Positions 44,744-57,400 of a stretch of DNA of 64,000 nucleotides are shown here, piece after piece. The stretch is from Emiliania huxleyi CCMP1516 (Eukaryota). Every line of letters begins with the position of its first letter. Within the stretch, counting starts at the first letter, position 1. The translations under genes and the position numbers were made by a program. The stretch is from NCBI RefSeq assembly GCF_000372725.1, contig NW_005202427.1, forward strand, positions 124,001 through 188,000, read 5' to 3'. A model generated the notes under the pieces. It did no database searches. It was not told the origin of the DNA and worked only from the letters and a program-made list of their open reading frames with translations.

Positions 44744-46850
44744 ATGAAGGTGGCCTTTGAGCGCACGGAGCGCCGCAGCTCCACTGCTCGCAGCGCACGA
44801 CGTGCTGGCTGCATTGTGTGCATCGGTGGTGGGCTGCTGACCAACCTGATCCTGCAATCGCATCTGCACAGCACCGACCGCGGCTTCCTCGGCGGCGTGA
44901 TTCCAGGCCTCGGGCCAAAACGTGTCAGGAGGTGGCGTGCCGCTGTGCCCAACAACAGCAGCGGCGACGGTGGCGGCGGCGGCGGCGGCGGCGGCGGGCA
45001 CCGCAAGAGTGCAGCCGCGGCTACGCCAGAGGACTCTGCTGATCGAGTGGGCGAAGAAGAGCTCGCTCTAGAGCAGACGATGCGGGAGTCGGAGACCGAC
45101 CGGCTCGGCACAGCAGCAGCCAACGCCTCGGGAGTCGGCGCCGCCGCCGGCCCCGCCGGTGGCGACGGGGCCGGCGGGCGCAGCATTAGCACCAGCGGGT
45201 ACGACGTGACGTTGGTTTCTCAGACCTCAGACGACCGCGCGTGGATGGTGGTCCACCTGGCCAAGCGGTGGGGCGGGCCCATCTCGATCGCGATCTTCTG
45301 CGTCGAGCCCGAGGAGCGGTACATGCAGGCGGAGAGGAGGCGGCTCGCGGGCATCGCGCGGCAGCCAGGTCGAGCGCAAAGAAGCTCCGCGCTCTCCCGC
45401 GCTCTCCTCCCGGGGGCCCAGTCGCCTTGTGCACGGTCAGGACCGGCCTATTCCCCTCCCCGCCTCTCCTTTGCAGGCTCGAGCGTCGCCGAGGTGCATG
45501 GCAAGGCATCTGCCGGCTACCCCGTCAACTTTTTGCGAAACACTGCGATCGCGCGCGTGCAGACCTCGCACTTCCTCCTCACAGACATCGACCTCTGGCC
45601 GTCGACCGACAGCTACAACGAGGTGCTGCGGCAAGGTGCTCGACCCGGCCACCCCCTCCCCACACCGGACGCACCCTCCACTGCAACGGCGGCCGCACGA
45701 TTCCTCTCCGACAGGCGCCGCCTTTCTGAGGCAGCGAAAGCTCGCCATGGTCCTCCCTGCCTTCGAGTACAACGCGGGGCACACCGACTACGCCTCCTCC
45801 GCCTCGCGCGCCGCCCTCGCCAGGGCGCTCTCGCCGGCGCGGCAGCCACCAACGGTCCCACCTCCTCCCCCCTCACCGCCGGGGCTGCGAGCGCAGGACT
45901 TGCCGGACACCTTCGCCGCCCTCCGCGACTGCGTGTCGGGGGCGCAGGACCCAAAGCGCACCTCGCCGCCGCGCTGCTCCACCTTCAAGGCGCACTCGGC
46001 GGGACCCGCCCCACTCGCGCACCCACGAGCGACTGCTTTCGAGTGCCGCCCCCCTCCCAGGCACACACGGACACCCACCTCTCCACTGACTACCCGCGCT
46101 GGTGGAGGGCGACGTGGCCTTCGCTCATTCCTTGCTTCAAGTCGCTGCGATACGAGCCGTACCTGGTGTGCTACACCTGCGCCCGAGCCTCTCGAGCCTC
46201 TCGTCGCTTGCTGATCGCTGCGGGACCCACTACCGCCCCGTTTCGCAGGTGGTGCCGCGGCTAGACACGACCCCGGGTGAGCGAGACGCTATCACAGACG
46301 CGGGTAGCGAATTGTGGGTCGCCGCGAATAGCTGCACGGCAGCGCGCCCCCGCGGTGTCAGGCTTCGACGAGCGCTTCGTCGGCTACGGGAAGAACAAGA
46401 TCGAGTGGATACAACACCTCCGCTTCCTCGGTGCGCGCTCCGCCTCCCGCCCGTGCGTGAGGCCACCCGGGCGCACCGCAGCCCGCACGCAACGCAGGCT
46501 TCGTCTTCTACGTGCTGCCGCGCGCCTTTGTCGTCCACTGCCCCCACCCGCCCTCCGTCTCGCGCCAAAACTGGCAGCTATTCCGCGACAAGAAGGACGA
46601 GCTCTTTCGCAGCTTCATCCGCGAGCACCTGTGAGCCTCGCCCCGCCCTTCCTCCCCTGGCTCTCGCCTCACTGGCGCCCGCCGCCGCAGGCGCAACGCA
46701 TCCATCCGCACACGCATGTGCGAGGATGCCAACTTCAACGGCATGGTCCGAGAGTCGGCCGCGCTGCGCCAGGGCGATGAGCGCCCAGCGACGTCGGACT
46801 CGGCTGTGCCTGGGGCCAGCTTGGCCAGTAGAGGGCGTTCCACTGGACGG
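44744..46850 (+). CDS. Glycosyltransferase family 49 (LARGE/B4GAT1-like), multi-exon
   Basis: Type II TM, DVTLVSQTSDDR, WGGPISIAIF, YPVNFLRNTA, TDID (DxD), VLPAFE, YEPYLV, FDERFVGYGKNK and VLPRAFVVHCPH. The 3' end is approximate. Confidence 0.88.
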
Positions 46851-47500
46851 TGATCAATACACATCGGCGACTACGTGAAAGACGTACCACTCGTTGCGTC
46901 CAATAGATACCGAGAAAAACGTACAGAAAAGTCAAAAGAGGTTCTCATTGCGTGAATAGCTGATTTATACTTTATGTGGTTAGTGCCGACTCCACGTGGC
47001 TCGTGGGTTATAAAAAAGAGCTTAACTCACTCAACCACGTGCATGCAATGCCGACGAGTGGGGCTACAAACTTGCCAATATGCAATTTGGACAAGCTTGT
47101 ATGGCAGCCAGCTCCGCAGCCGAGGCGCTCGGCCGTGCGTGGGATGCGAACACGGTCAGTACCCCTCGATCCTCGTGTCGGCTCCCGAGCGCCGAGCCCC
47201 AACCCCGTGCGCAGCGTGGGTGTGCGTGCGGGCCCGTCCTCCGTGCTAGGAGGTGTGTGTAACACTGACTGACTGACTTTGCTGAGACCTGAGTGAGCGC
47301 GCTCTCTCCACGTCGTGTGTGTAGTACACATCAACACACCACATAAACTGTACAGTTTCATCTCTCTTGGACTTGTCGTGTGTCTCCTGTGTGTGTGTAC
47401 GGCGTGGGTTTCTGTCGCCCAGTCCCGGAGGCACGGGAGAGAAGCAAAGCATATCATACTTCATATTCATTGCACACAAGAGACCAGGCCCCTACTGCAC

Positions 47501-50500
47501 CTACGCTGGAGGTGGTGGGGCCAGCGTGGGGAACACCCGGTAAAAGTTCTCGAGCTGCAGCTGCTGTAGTTGAATTCGCAAGACGCCCACTTCCCGTTGG
47601 CACGTGGTGGCCGCTGCCATTGCGAGGTCCCGCTCCTGCACGATACGTGTCAGTTCCACACGCAGCTCTTCGATCTGGGACACATGTTCACCGCAAGGCG
47701 CAGTGGGAGGAGGGGCGGCCGGCGGCGGAAACGGAGGCGGCGACGGGGGGTCAAAGAGGGTGAAGCCGTCCAGGTCGGTGCCCACGCCCCCGTATGGCAC
47801 AGATACAACTGTGGGAGTTTCGCCCATCGTCTGCACGAGCCCAGGCGGCAGCGTGGACGTGTCAATGGTGACGGTCCACTCGCCGGGAAGGAGCTCCTGA
47901 GCGTAGTTGCCGTCGGCGTTTGTGGTGACGGTGTACGTGACGTCTCCCTTGGTGATGATGACGGTCACGCCTTCGAGGCCCTCGTCGTCGATGTCGGAAT
48001 CGTAGTATCCAATGAAGCCCGCGTCCATGAAGATCGTGCCGCTCAGAGACGAGGGCTGCGTGAAGCCGTCTAGGTCCCTCCCCACCCCGCCGGGTGGCAC
48101 CTCGACGATTGTGGACTCGGCGCCGAGAGTCTGCCTCAGCGACGGCTTGTTCAGCAGAGCGAAGGACCGTTTATCGATGACCACAGTCCACTCGCCCGCC
48201 GACGGCAGCTCCTGGCTGTAGAAGCCGTTCGCGTCGGTGACGACGGTGTAAGTGACTTGTCCGTTGGTGATGAAGACGGTCACGCCTTCGAGGTACTCGT
48301 CGAGGCCTTCCGTGAACTGCTGGTCGCTGTCTTTGTTCTCGAAGACGTAGCCCTCGATCATCGGGGGCGGTGGCGAGGGAGATGGCGGCGAGGGAGGCGG
48401 CAGTGCTGGCGGCGGGAATGGTGGCGGCGAGGGCGGTGGCGGTAGAGGGGGAGTAAAGGGCCGGAATGCAATAGGCTTCAGTGATTTTGGATCCTGATAC
48501 TGCTGCGCGTTGCCAATTAGCACGGGCCACTCTGCGCGCGCGGCGGTAATTGCCTGACCCGAGGAGCCCACGCCCTGTGACCAGACGTGCTGTCCATAGT
48601 GCGGAATGGTGTCGTCCATGTCGTCGCCGCACGCAAAGTCGACCCGAACCCCACTTGCCCGCATGTCGACCACCGCATCGTACCCAAGCACCATAATGAC
48701 AGCATCACGGTCGCCAACCTGGAGACCGCTTATGTAGCTCGCCACATCGGACGGCGTTGTAAAGCGCAAGACCCCGTACACCGCCTTGGCATCAAAGACC
48801 GTCTTGTTGATGGCGCGGTAGCGGTTGTTGATACCTTCGTTTAGGAGCTCCTCCTGCCTTTGGTATACGACTGCACGCCTCGTCATCACAGACGACGAGA
48901 GAACCAGCGGTCTGCTGCCCTGCATCACCGCAGGGTCGTCGGTGAAGACAGCTCGGCCGCAAACCTCGCCAATCGCGTAGTTTTCCGAGCCGACATAGCT
49001 GAGCACTCTCGGGTTGTGGTAGCTGTCAGTGTTGGTCGTCACGATCGGAAGGGTGGGGCGAAGGTTCAAGCAGTCGTTGATGGCTTGGTCGACCTCCTCG
49101 TAGCCCTCGCCTTTAGGATATGGGACGGTAACAACGATTGCGTCCTCCGACGGGTCCTGCTTCTCGCACGCCTCCTTGATGGCAGCGACATGGCGAGACA
49201 CGTCGTATGCAGTGGCGACATACGTGTGAGTAAAGTCTTGCGCCGCCGTCGTCGACGCTTCTCTCCACCTTGACCAAAATGGCGAGTCCTCGTATGCGTG
49301 CGTGATGGTGGTGAGGCGGAGCGGGCACGACGCAGGCGTGTAAGGGTGTGTCAAGAAATCGCATGGCTCCGTCTCGGCCTCCGCGGCGCACAACCCGTTT
49401 CCGCTGGCTGACGTAGCAAGGCCCGAGGGGATGTACTCCTCCTTGATGATGGTTGCGTACTGCTGCATAGCCGCCGCGGCCCCCTGTGTGTACGGTGTCT
49501 GGCCGTAAAAGGGCAGTGTGGTCCTGTCTTGATCGTCGCCGCACTGGAAAGATGGGGAGATGCCCTGATCGATGAGTGCTTGCGCCGCGTCCACCCCGAG
49601 AGCGATGATGAAGTTCGAGGTGTCGAGTTCATTTTGATTGCTGACGACTCCGACGGTCGATCCGTCGCACACGCAATTGCCCCATCGAAGGTCATACTCC
49701 GTGTCAAGAGAGCACCAGGCGATGTTGCCGTTGTCGACCTTTGTACACTCGCTGTACGTTATACCCTTGTACTCGAACGGGAAGGTGCACAAAGACTCCT
49801 CGTCTGCTGTCCCCCCAGTTGTCGTGACCGGCTCATCGGAAGGGCCGCAAATCCTGTTGGTGCCCATCGCGTCCACGATACCCTTTGACCTCATGACGAT
49901 CCCGGTATTGTTCACCTCCCTCGCCAACAAGTATATTTGGTAGATGGGAATCTGAGTTAAGCGCAAGGGCGATGTGGTCCAGAAGGACATCGCATTTGCA
50001 GTGCTTGTCGATGACTTGCCCTCAAGCGCGGAATCCAGGTCGTTGCTGAGGATGAAGCGGCCGCACACCTCGCCCATTTCGTAACTAAAGCTCCCAGCGT
50101 AGCCGCTCCAATCATTGGCGACCTTTGGGATCGGTTCATACTCGCTCGGCGCGTAGTTGTCACTACCGTATTTCCAGGCCTCGTCAGTGTTGGTGAGGTA
50201 AAACGTCAGGCTGGACTTCGCGCAAGAGTTGATGGCATTGATCATTTTCGTCACGTCTTCCGGATCCTCATATGGGACGGTGACGATTATGGCGTCTGTG
50301 CGAGCATCTTGGCACGCTGCCTGGATCTCTTGCACGGTTTTATCAACTTGGTAGCCCATTGTCAGGAAAATCAGCTCCGTTGTGCACGGCGGGATTGCGT
50401 TGACAGCTCCATCGGCCCACGTATTCCAAAACTTGCTGTCGGGATAGCCGTGCACGATGGCGTAGATGACGTGCTCGATGGTCTTACCGCTGCAGTCGGG

Positions 50501-52032
50501 GCAAGGTGGTGGCGGAGAGGGCGGTGGTGAAGGTGGCGGTGGGGATGGCGGCGGCGGCGGCGGCGAGGGCGGCGGGGGCGAGGGTGGAGGCGGCGGCGAG
50601 GGTGGTGGCGGCGAGGGGGGCGGTGGTGGTGAGGGCGGCGGCGGCGAGGGGGGTGGCGGCGGCGGCGAGGGGGGCGGAGGCGAGGGCGGTGGCGGCGGCG
50701 AGGGCGGCGGTGGCGAGGGAGGCGGCGGGGGCGGCGAGGGCGGCGGGGGCGAGGGCGGGGAGGGTGGTGGCGCGGGAGAGGATTTGGGCCGAGTCGGCTA
50801 AGTGTCACGATGCCAAANNNNNNNNNNNNNNNNNNNNNNNNNNNNNNNNNNNNNNNNNNNNNNNNNNNNNNNNNNNNNNNNNNNNNNNNNNNNNNNNNNN
50901 NNNNNNNNNNNNNNNNNGCCACATGTTCCGCGGCTCCCTCGGTTCCTTGGTAGAATATCTTCATTGCATGTTCCCTGATCTTGCACGATCCGTTTGATTA
51001 CCCATATGGGCTTGCGACGAGGGCGGCGGTGGTGGCGAGGGCGGTGCCGGCGAGGGGGGTGGTGGCGGCGAGGGCGGTGGTGGAGACGGAGGCGGCGAGA
51101 AGTGGACGAAGCCGTCCAGGTCGGTGCCCACGCCCCCGTATGGCACAGAGACAACTGTGGGAGTTTCGCCCATCGTCTGCACGAGCCCAGGCGGCAGCGT
51201 GGACGTGTCAATGGTGACGGTCCACTCGCCGGGAAGGAGCTCCTGAGCGTAGTTGCCGTCGGCGTTTGTGGTGACGGTGTACGTGACGTCTCCCTTGGTG
51301 AGGATGACGGTCACGCCTTCGAGGCCCTCGTCGTCGATGTCGGGATCGTAGTATCCAATGACGCCCGCGTCCATGAAGATCGTGCCGCTCAGAGACGAGG
51401 GCTGCGTGAAGCCGTCTAGGTCCCTCCCCACCCCGCCGGGTGGCACCTCGACGATTGTGGACTCGGCGCCGAGAGTCTGCCTCATGTTCAGCAGAGCGAA
51501 GGACCGTTTATCGATGACCACAGTCCACTCGCCCGCCGACGGCAGCTCCTGGCTGTAGAAGCCGTTCGCGTCGGTGACGACGGTGTAAGTGACTTGTCCG
51601 TTGGTGATGACGACAGTCACGCCTTCGAGGTACTCGTCGAGGCCTTCCGTGAACAGCTGGTCGCTGTCTTTGTTCTCGAAGACGTAGCCCTCGATCCTTG
51701 GCGGCGGTGGCGAGGGAGGCGGCGGCGGCGGCGGGGGCGGTGAGGGCGGCGGGGGCGAGGGCGGGGAGGGTGGTGGCGCGGGAGAGGAGGACGGAGGCGG
51801 CGAGGGCGGCGGCGGCGGCGAGGGCGGTGGGGGCGAGGGCGGCGGTGGCGGCGAGGGGGGTGGCGGCGAGGGGGGCGGCGGCGGCGAGGGCGGTGGGGGC
51901 GAGGGCGGCGGATGCGGCGAGGGGGGTGGCGGCGAGGGGGGCGGTGGTGGTGAGGGAGGCGGTGGCGAGGGAGGCGGCGGGGGCGGCGAGGGCGGCGGGC
52001 GCGAGGGCGGGGAGGGTGGTGGCGCGGGAGAG
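47501..52032 (-). CDS. Giant modular protein B: SdrD-B-like repeats, SP linkers, two periplasmic-binding-like domains with inserted FN2, coiled-coil tail (5' end in gap)
   Basis: IEGYVFENKDSDQQFTEGLDEYLEGVTV / LSGTIFMDAG...DEGLEGVTV repeats. Duplicated H.Y.DS.FW...DAI.VTVPY...TNTD...GS..Y..GEVCGR. FN2 CTFPFEYKGITYSECT...WCSLDTEYDLRWGNC. Spans gap 50818-50917. Confidence 0.75.
50818..50917. other. Assembly gap
   Basis: N run. Confidence 1.
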
Positions 52033-52132
52033 NNNNNNNNNNNNNNNNNNNNNNNNNNNNNNNNNNNNNNNNNNNNNNNNNNNNNNNNNNNNNNNNNNNN
52101 NNNNNNNNNNNNNNNNNNNNNNNNNNNNNNNN
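52033..52132. other. Assembly gap
   Basis: N run. Confidence 1.
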
Positions 52133-52332
52133 TGTGTCTCCTGGGTGCGTGTACGCGATGGGTGTCTGTAGCCCAATCCTGGAGGTACGGGAGAGAAGCA
52201 TAGTCATATCATACGTCATATTCATTGCACTCAAGAGACCAGGCCCCTTCTGCACTTACGCTGGAGCTGGTGGAGCCAACGTCGGGAACAACGGGTAAGA
52301 ATTCTCGAGCTGCAACGGCAGTAGTTGAGTTC

Positions 52333-54200
52333 TCAAATTCGCACGTTTTCCGAGGGCACGTAGTGTGGTGGCGCGTGAGAGGAGGACGGTGGCGGCGATG
52401 GGGGCGGCGGCGGCGAGGGCGGCGGGGGCGAGGGCGGCGGTGGTGGCGAGGGCGGTGGCGGCGAGGGGGGTGGTGGCGGCGAGGGCGGTGGTGGAGACGG
52501 AGGCGGCGAGAAGTGGACGAAGCCGTCCAGGTCGGTGCCCACGCCCCCGTATGGCACAGATACAACTGTGGGAGTTTCGCCCATCGTCTGCACGAGCCCA
52601 GGCGGCAGCGTGGACGTGTCAATGGTGACGGTCCACTCGCCGGGAAGGACCTCCTGAGCGTAGTTGCCGTCGGCGTTTGTGGTGACGGTGTACGTGACGT
52701 CTCCCTTGGTGATGATGACGGTCACGCCTTCGAGGCCCTCGTCGTCGATGTCGGGATCGTAGTATCCAATGACGCCCGCGTCCATGAAGATCGTGCCGCT
52801 CAGAGACGAGGGCTGCGTGAAGCCGTCTAGGTCCCTCCCCACCCCGCCGGGTGGCACCTCGACGATTGTGGACTCGGCGCCGAAAGTCTGCCTCATGTTC
52901 AGCAGAGCGAAGGACCGTTTATCGATGACCACAGTCCACTCGCCCGCCGACGGCAGCTCCTGGCTGTAGAAGCCGTTCGCGTCGGTGACGACGGTGTAAG
53001 TGACTTGTCCGTTGGTGATGAAGACGGTCACGCCTTCGAGGTACTCGTCGAGGCCTTCCGTGAACTGCTGGTCGCTGTCTTTGTTCTCGAAGACGTAGCC
53101 CTCGATCCTTGGCGGCGGTGGCGAGGGAGGCGGCGGCGGCGGCGGCGGCGGTGAGGGCGGCGGGGGCGAGGGCGGTGGAGGTGGCAAGGGTGGAGGTGGC
53201 GAGGGAGGCGGGGGGGGTGGGGGGGATGGTGGCGGAGGCGGCGGCGGGAGTGGCGGCGGCGGTGGAAAGGGTGGTGGCGGCGAGGGCGGTGGTGCGTTCA
53301 CTACGACTCCGACAGTGGATCCTTGGCCGCCACCTCGTAGGCCCGGGTGGCAGCGCGAGTCTATCACTTCCAGGTCGTCTCTGCCGCTCTTCGCAAAGGC
53401 GTAAAAGAAGCCATTGGTCTCCACTGGCGTCGAGCTGAAATCACCTGGATAATCTCTCGCTATCCCCACGACTTGCCCTAGGCATGTCAGACCAGTGGTA
53501 GAAAGCGAAACTGCATTGGTCAGTTTGATAGTTCCGCACGCAAAGGACGGCGCGTCGCAGGGAGAGCTTGTTTCACTGCTTGCGTCATAGATCTCAAAGC
53601 TGGCGGACGGTGCATTTGCATTCTGCCGGAAATCCGTGAACTCGACCACATCACCGTAGCTGAAGCGGCCATCGCGGGGAATAAAAACTTGAATCTCCGA
53701 ATCTGCGACAAGGACAGCATCCATTTTTGGCACCTCGTACTCCTCGTTTTGGTCGTGAAGAAGCTGGTAATTCTGTATTGCTCGGTTCTCCGCGCAGATC
53801 TCAATGGTGAACGACCCGCCAATTTTGATGCGGTTTGGGTCGCAAACTCGAGATCCCCCGAGGTCTACCGTCCCACAAATCTGCGGCAGCAAGGCCATTG
53901 CCGCAGAACAGGTGCCAGGGTCCGTCATAGCAAGCTTAGGCACGAACTCACCTGCACGGCATGCGAGCAAATGCTCGGCTTTGCCCTATGATTTGGCGGC
54001 CAAATGATCTCGCGGGATTCCCGACGGCGGCCAATTTTGCCGTCTTTGACGATGATGAGATAGCCTGGGATGATGAGGCCACCTTGTAGCGCACGCAGTA
54101 GTACGAGGCCAGCACCAGTGTAAAGACTGGATGGATAGTGAGCAAGCGCTCGAAAGCGGCTGGCTAAAGACAGACAGAGGATAGCGTTCGCCAGACTCAT
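52333..54200 (-). CDS. Modular protein A: signal-like N-terminus, Cys-rich domain, SP linker, two SdrD-B-like domains
   Basis: ATG 54200 MSLANAILCLSLA. Intron 53882-53951 (CAG/GTGAGT...CCGCAG) joins in frame to ICGTV. The tail homologous to gene B's is out of frame (stop at 52256-52258). Confidence 0.7.
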
Positions 54201-54423
54201 TCATCAATCAACAGAGAGAGATACAGCAATTGATTGGCCACGCCGTTCGCCAAGCCTGCTTTCGAATTGGCCACGCTTTGCAACGTCGCGACGAGGGCAT
54301 GCCCTCGTCGTCGGCAAGCTCTGCCCCTTCCTCACGCCTTTCTGGCCATGTACCCACGTAGTGCGATTCCGATTTATCGACCGTACGCATATCTAGGTAG
54401 TTTGGGGAGATGAGGCGCCAGGC

Positions 54424-57400
54424 ATGTCAGACGAGACCCTGCAATGCATAGCTGCGGTCGCGTTCATACCTCAGATTTGCCGTGACGGAGCCTGCAACCC
54501 AAACAAAATAGCTATTGGTACTCGGTTTACCATAGACGTGTGTGCAGAGAATCGGGCAGTCCTCCCGTTCGCAGGGCTCGACTCGAATGGGCAAGGGTTG
54601 TCGGCGCACATAGTCGAGAGCTCCTTGATTGAGAGCGCCAGAATACAGGTCTCTATTCCACGCGGGTCGTCGTTGGCATCCGGGGCGGGAGTAATTCAAC
54701 TCCAGGAGTTCGTCCCCTCCCCTGAAGCGTCCAGTGCAACCTTCCTACTCGAGGTAAATGGCTGCATCGACACCTTTGCATGTGGGCAGATCCTCCTGAA
54801 TAGAGCGGTCCCGCTGAGCGTTACCGGAGGCAGCACATGCCTGGGTACAATCACAGGCATCGTGGTCGATGACCCTCAAAGCAACGGCTTTTTTCGCGTC
54901 GATGCCGCAAGTCAGCCAGCGGATTTAATGGTCACAGACGCACGTTGCACTCCAGGCATTTATGGCGGAGGGCAGGGCTCAACCGTCGGCGTTGTCATTC
55001 TTCCACCTCCACCGATGCCGCCGCTGCCCTCGGTGCCGCCACCGCCGCCATTGCCGCCGCCACCGTCGCAGCCGCCGCCCCCTTCACCGCCGCCACCACA
55101 ACCCTCGCCGCCACCGCCGTCGCCCCCCTCACCACCGCCCCCCTCGCCACCACCACCGCCCCCGTCACCGAAAACAATCTTCATGTTCGCAGGATTTTCC
55201 CCCCGGCGGGCCTCACCNNNNNNNNNNNNNNNNNNNNNNNNNNNNNNNNNNNNNNNNNNNNNNNNNNNNNNNNNNNNNNNNNNNNNNNNNNNNNNNNNNN
55301 NNNNNNNNNNNNNNNNNNNNNNNNNNNNNNNNNNNNNNNNNNNNNNNNNNNNNNNNNNNNNNNNNNNNNNNNNNNNNNNNNNNNNNNNNNNNNNNNNNNN
55401 NNNNNNNNNNNNNNNNNNNNNNNNNNNNNNNNNNNNNNNNNNNNNNNNNNNNNNNNNNNNNNNNNNNNNNNNNNNNNNNNNNNNNNNNNNNNNNNNNNNN
55501 NNNNNNNNNNNNNNNNNNNNNNNNNNNNNNNNNNNNNNNNNNNNNNNNNNNNNNNNNNNNNNNNNNNNNNNNNNNNNNNNNNNNNNNNNNNNNNNNNNNN
55601 NNNNNNNNNNNNNNNNNNNNNNNNNNNNNNNNNNNNNNNNNNNNNNNNNNNNNNNNNNNNNNNNNNNNNNNNNNNNNNNNNNNNNNNNNNNNNNNNNNNN
55701 NNNNNNNNNNNNNNNNNNNNNNNNNNNNNNNNNNNNNNNNNNNNNNNNNNNNNNNNNNNNNNNNNNNCGCGCACGCCCCCCTCTCGCGGCACCGTCGCCG
55801 CCGCCCCCTCCCTCTCCGCCCCCACCGTCGCCCCCACCGCCCTCTCCAAGCCCGGCCCCGATATCGCCTGGTCCGCGATTGCCACCGCCTCCCTCGCCGC
55901 CGCCCCCGATGATCGAGGGCTACGTCTTCGAGGACAAAGGCGATGACCAGCAGTTCACGGAAGGCGTCGACGAGTACCTCGAAGGCGTGACCGTCTTCAT
56001 CACCAACGGAGACGTCACGTACACCGTCGTCACCGACGCGAACGGCTACTACAGTCACGAGCTGCCGTCGCCGGGCAAGTGGACCGTGGTCATCGATGAA
56101 CGCTCTTTTGCTCTGCTGAACAAGCCGTCGCTGCGGCAGACTCTCGGCACCGCGTCCACAACCTTCGAGGTTCCGCCCGGAGGCGTGATAACGGACCTGG
56201 ACGCCTTCACGCAGCCCTCACGATTGGCCGGCCGGGTATTTCTAGACTCAAAGGCCAGCGGCGTCTTCGATCCCAGTAGCGACGAGGGCCTCGAAGGCGT
56301 GAAGGTCGAACTCACCGACGGCAACGATCTCAGGTACACCGTCACTACAGACGACGACGGGTACTACGAAAAGGAGCTTCTTTACGGCGAGTGGACCGTC
56401 ACCATTCTCACGTCCACGCTGCCGCCCGGGCTCGTGCAGACGTTGGGCAGCACTGCCACGGCTGTGTTCGTGCCATACGGGGGCGTGGGGAGAGACCTGG
56501 ACGCCTTCACCCACTTCTCGCCGCCCCCCTCTCCGCCGCCACCGTCGCCGCCGCCCCTTCCCTCTCTGTCGAAAGGTTAGGCCCTAGCGCCCTATGAAGG
56601 GACGGCCCATGCATAGCCACGCTGCTAGTGATGCCTTTCGGGTTCCCGAGGTCAGACTTCTGTGGGGGATGCCATGCCCGTGACCTAGGNNNNNNNNNNN
56701 NNNNNNNNNNNNNNNNNNNNNNNNNNNNNNNNNNNNNNNNNNNNNNNNNNNNNNNNNNNNNNNNNNNNNNNNNNNNNNNNNNNNNNNNNNNNNNNNNNNN
56801 NNNNNNNNNNNNNNNNNNNNNNNNNNNNNNNNNNNNNNNNNNNNNNNNNNNNNNNNNNNNNNNNNNNNNNNNNNNNNNNNNNNNNNNNNNNNNNNNNNNN
56901 NNNNNNNNNNNNNNNNNNNNNNNNNNNNNNNNNNNNNNNNNNNNNNNNNNNNNNNNNNNNNNNNNNNNNNNNNNNNNNNNNNNNNNNNNNNNNNNNNNNN
57001 NNNNNNNNNNNNNNNNNNNNNNNNNNNNNNNNNNNNNNNNNNNNNNNNNNNNNNNNNNNNNNNNNNNNNNNNNNNNNNNNNNNNNNNNNNNNNNNNNNNN
57101 NNNNNNNNNNNNNNNNNNNNNNNNNNNNNNNNNNNNNNNNNNNNNNNNNNNNNNNNNNNNNNNNNNNNNNNNNNNNNNNNNNNNNNNNNNNNNNNNNNNN
57201 NNNNNNNNNNNNNNNNNNNNNNNNNNNNNNNNNNNNNNCCCCCACCCTCGCCCCCACCGCCCTCTCCAAGCCCGGCCCCGATATCGCCTGGTCCGCGACT
57301 GCCGCCGTCGCCCTCGCCGCCGCCCCCGATGATCGAGGGCTACGTCTTTGAGGACAAAGGCGATGACCAGCAGTTCACGGAAGGCCTCGACGAGTACCTC

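Noticed and set aside
56560..56689. Stop codon and unique sequence ending the 54424 ORF
   Set aside because: It abuts an N gap and looks like low-quality contig-end sequence. The same applies to 50780-50817, 50918-51015 and 55170-55217.
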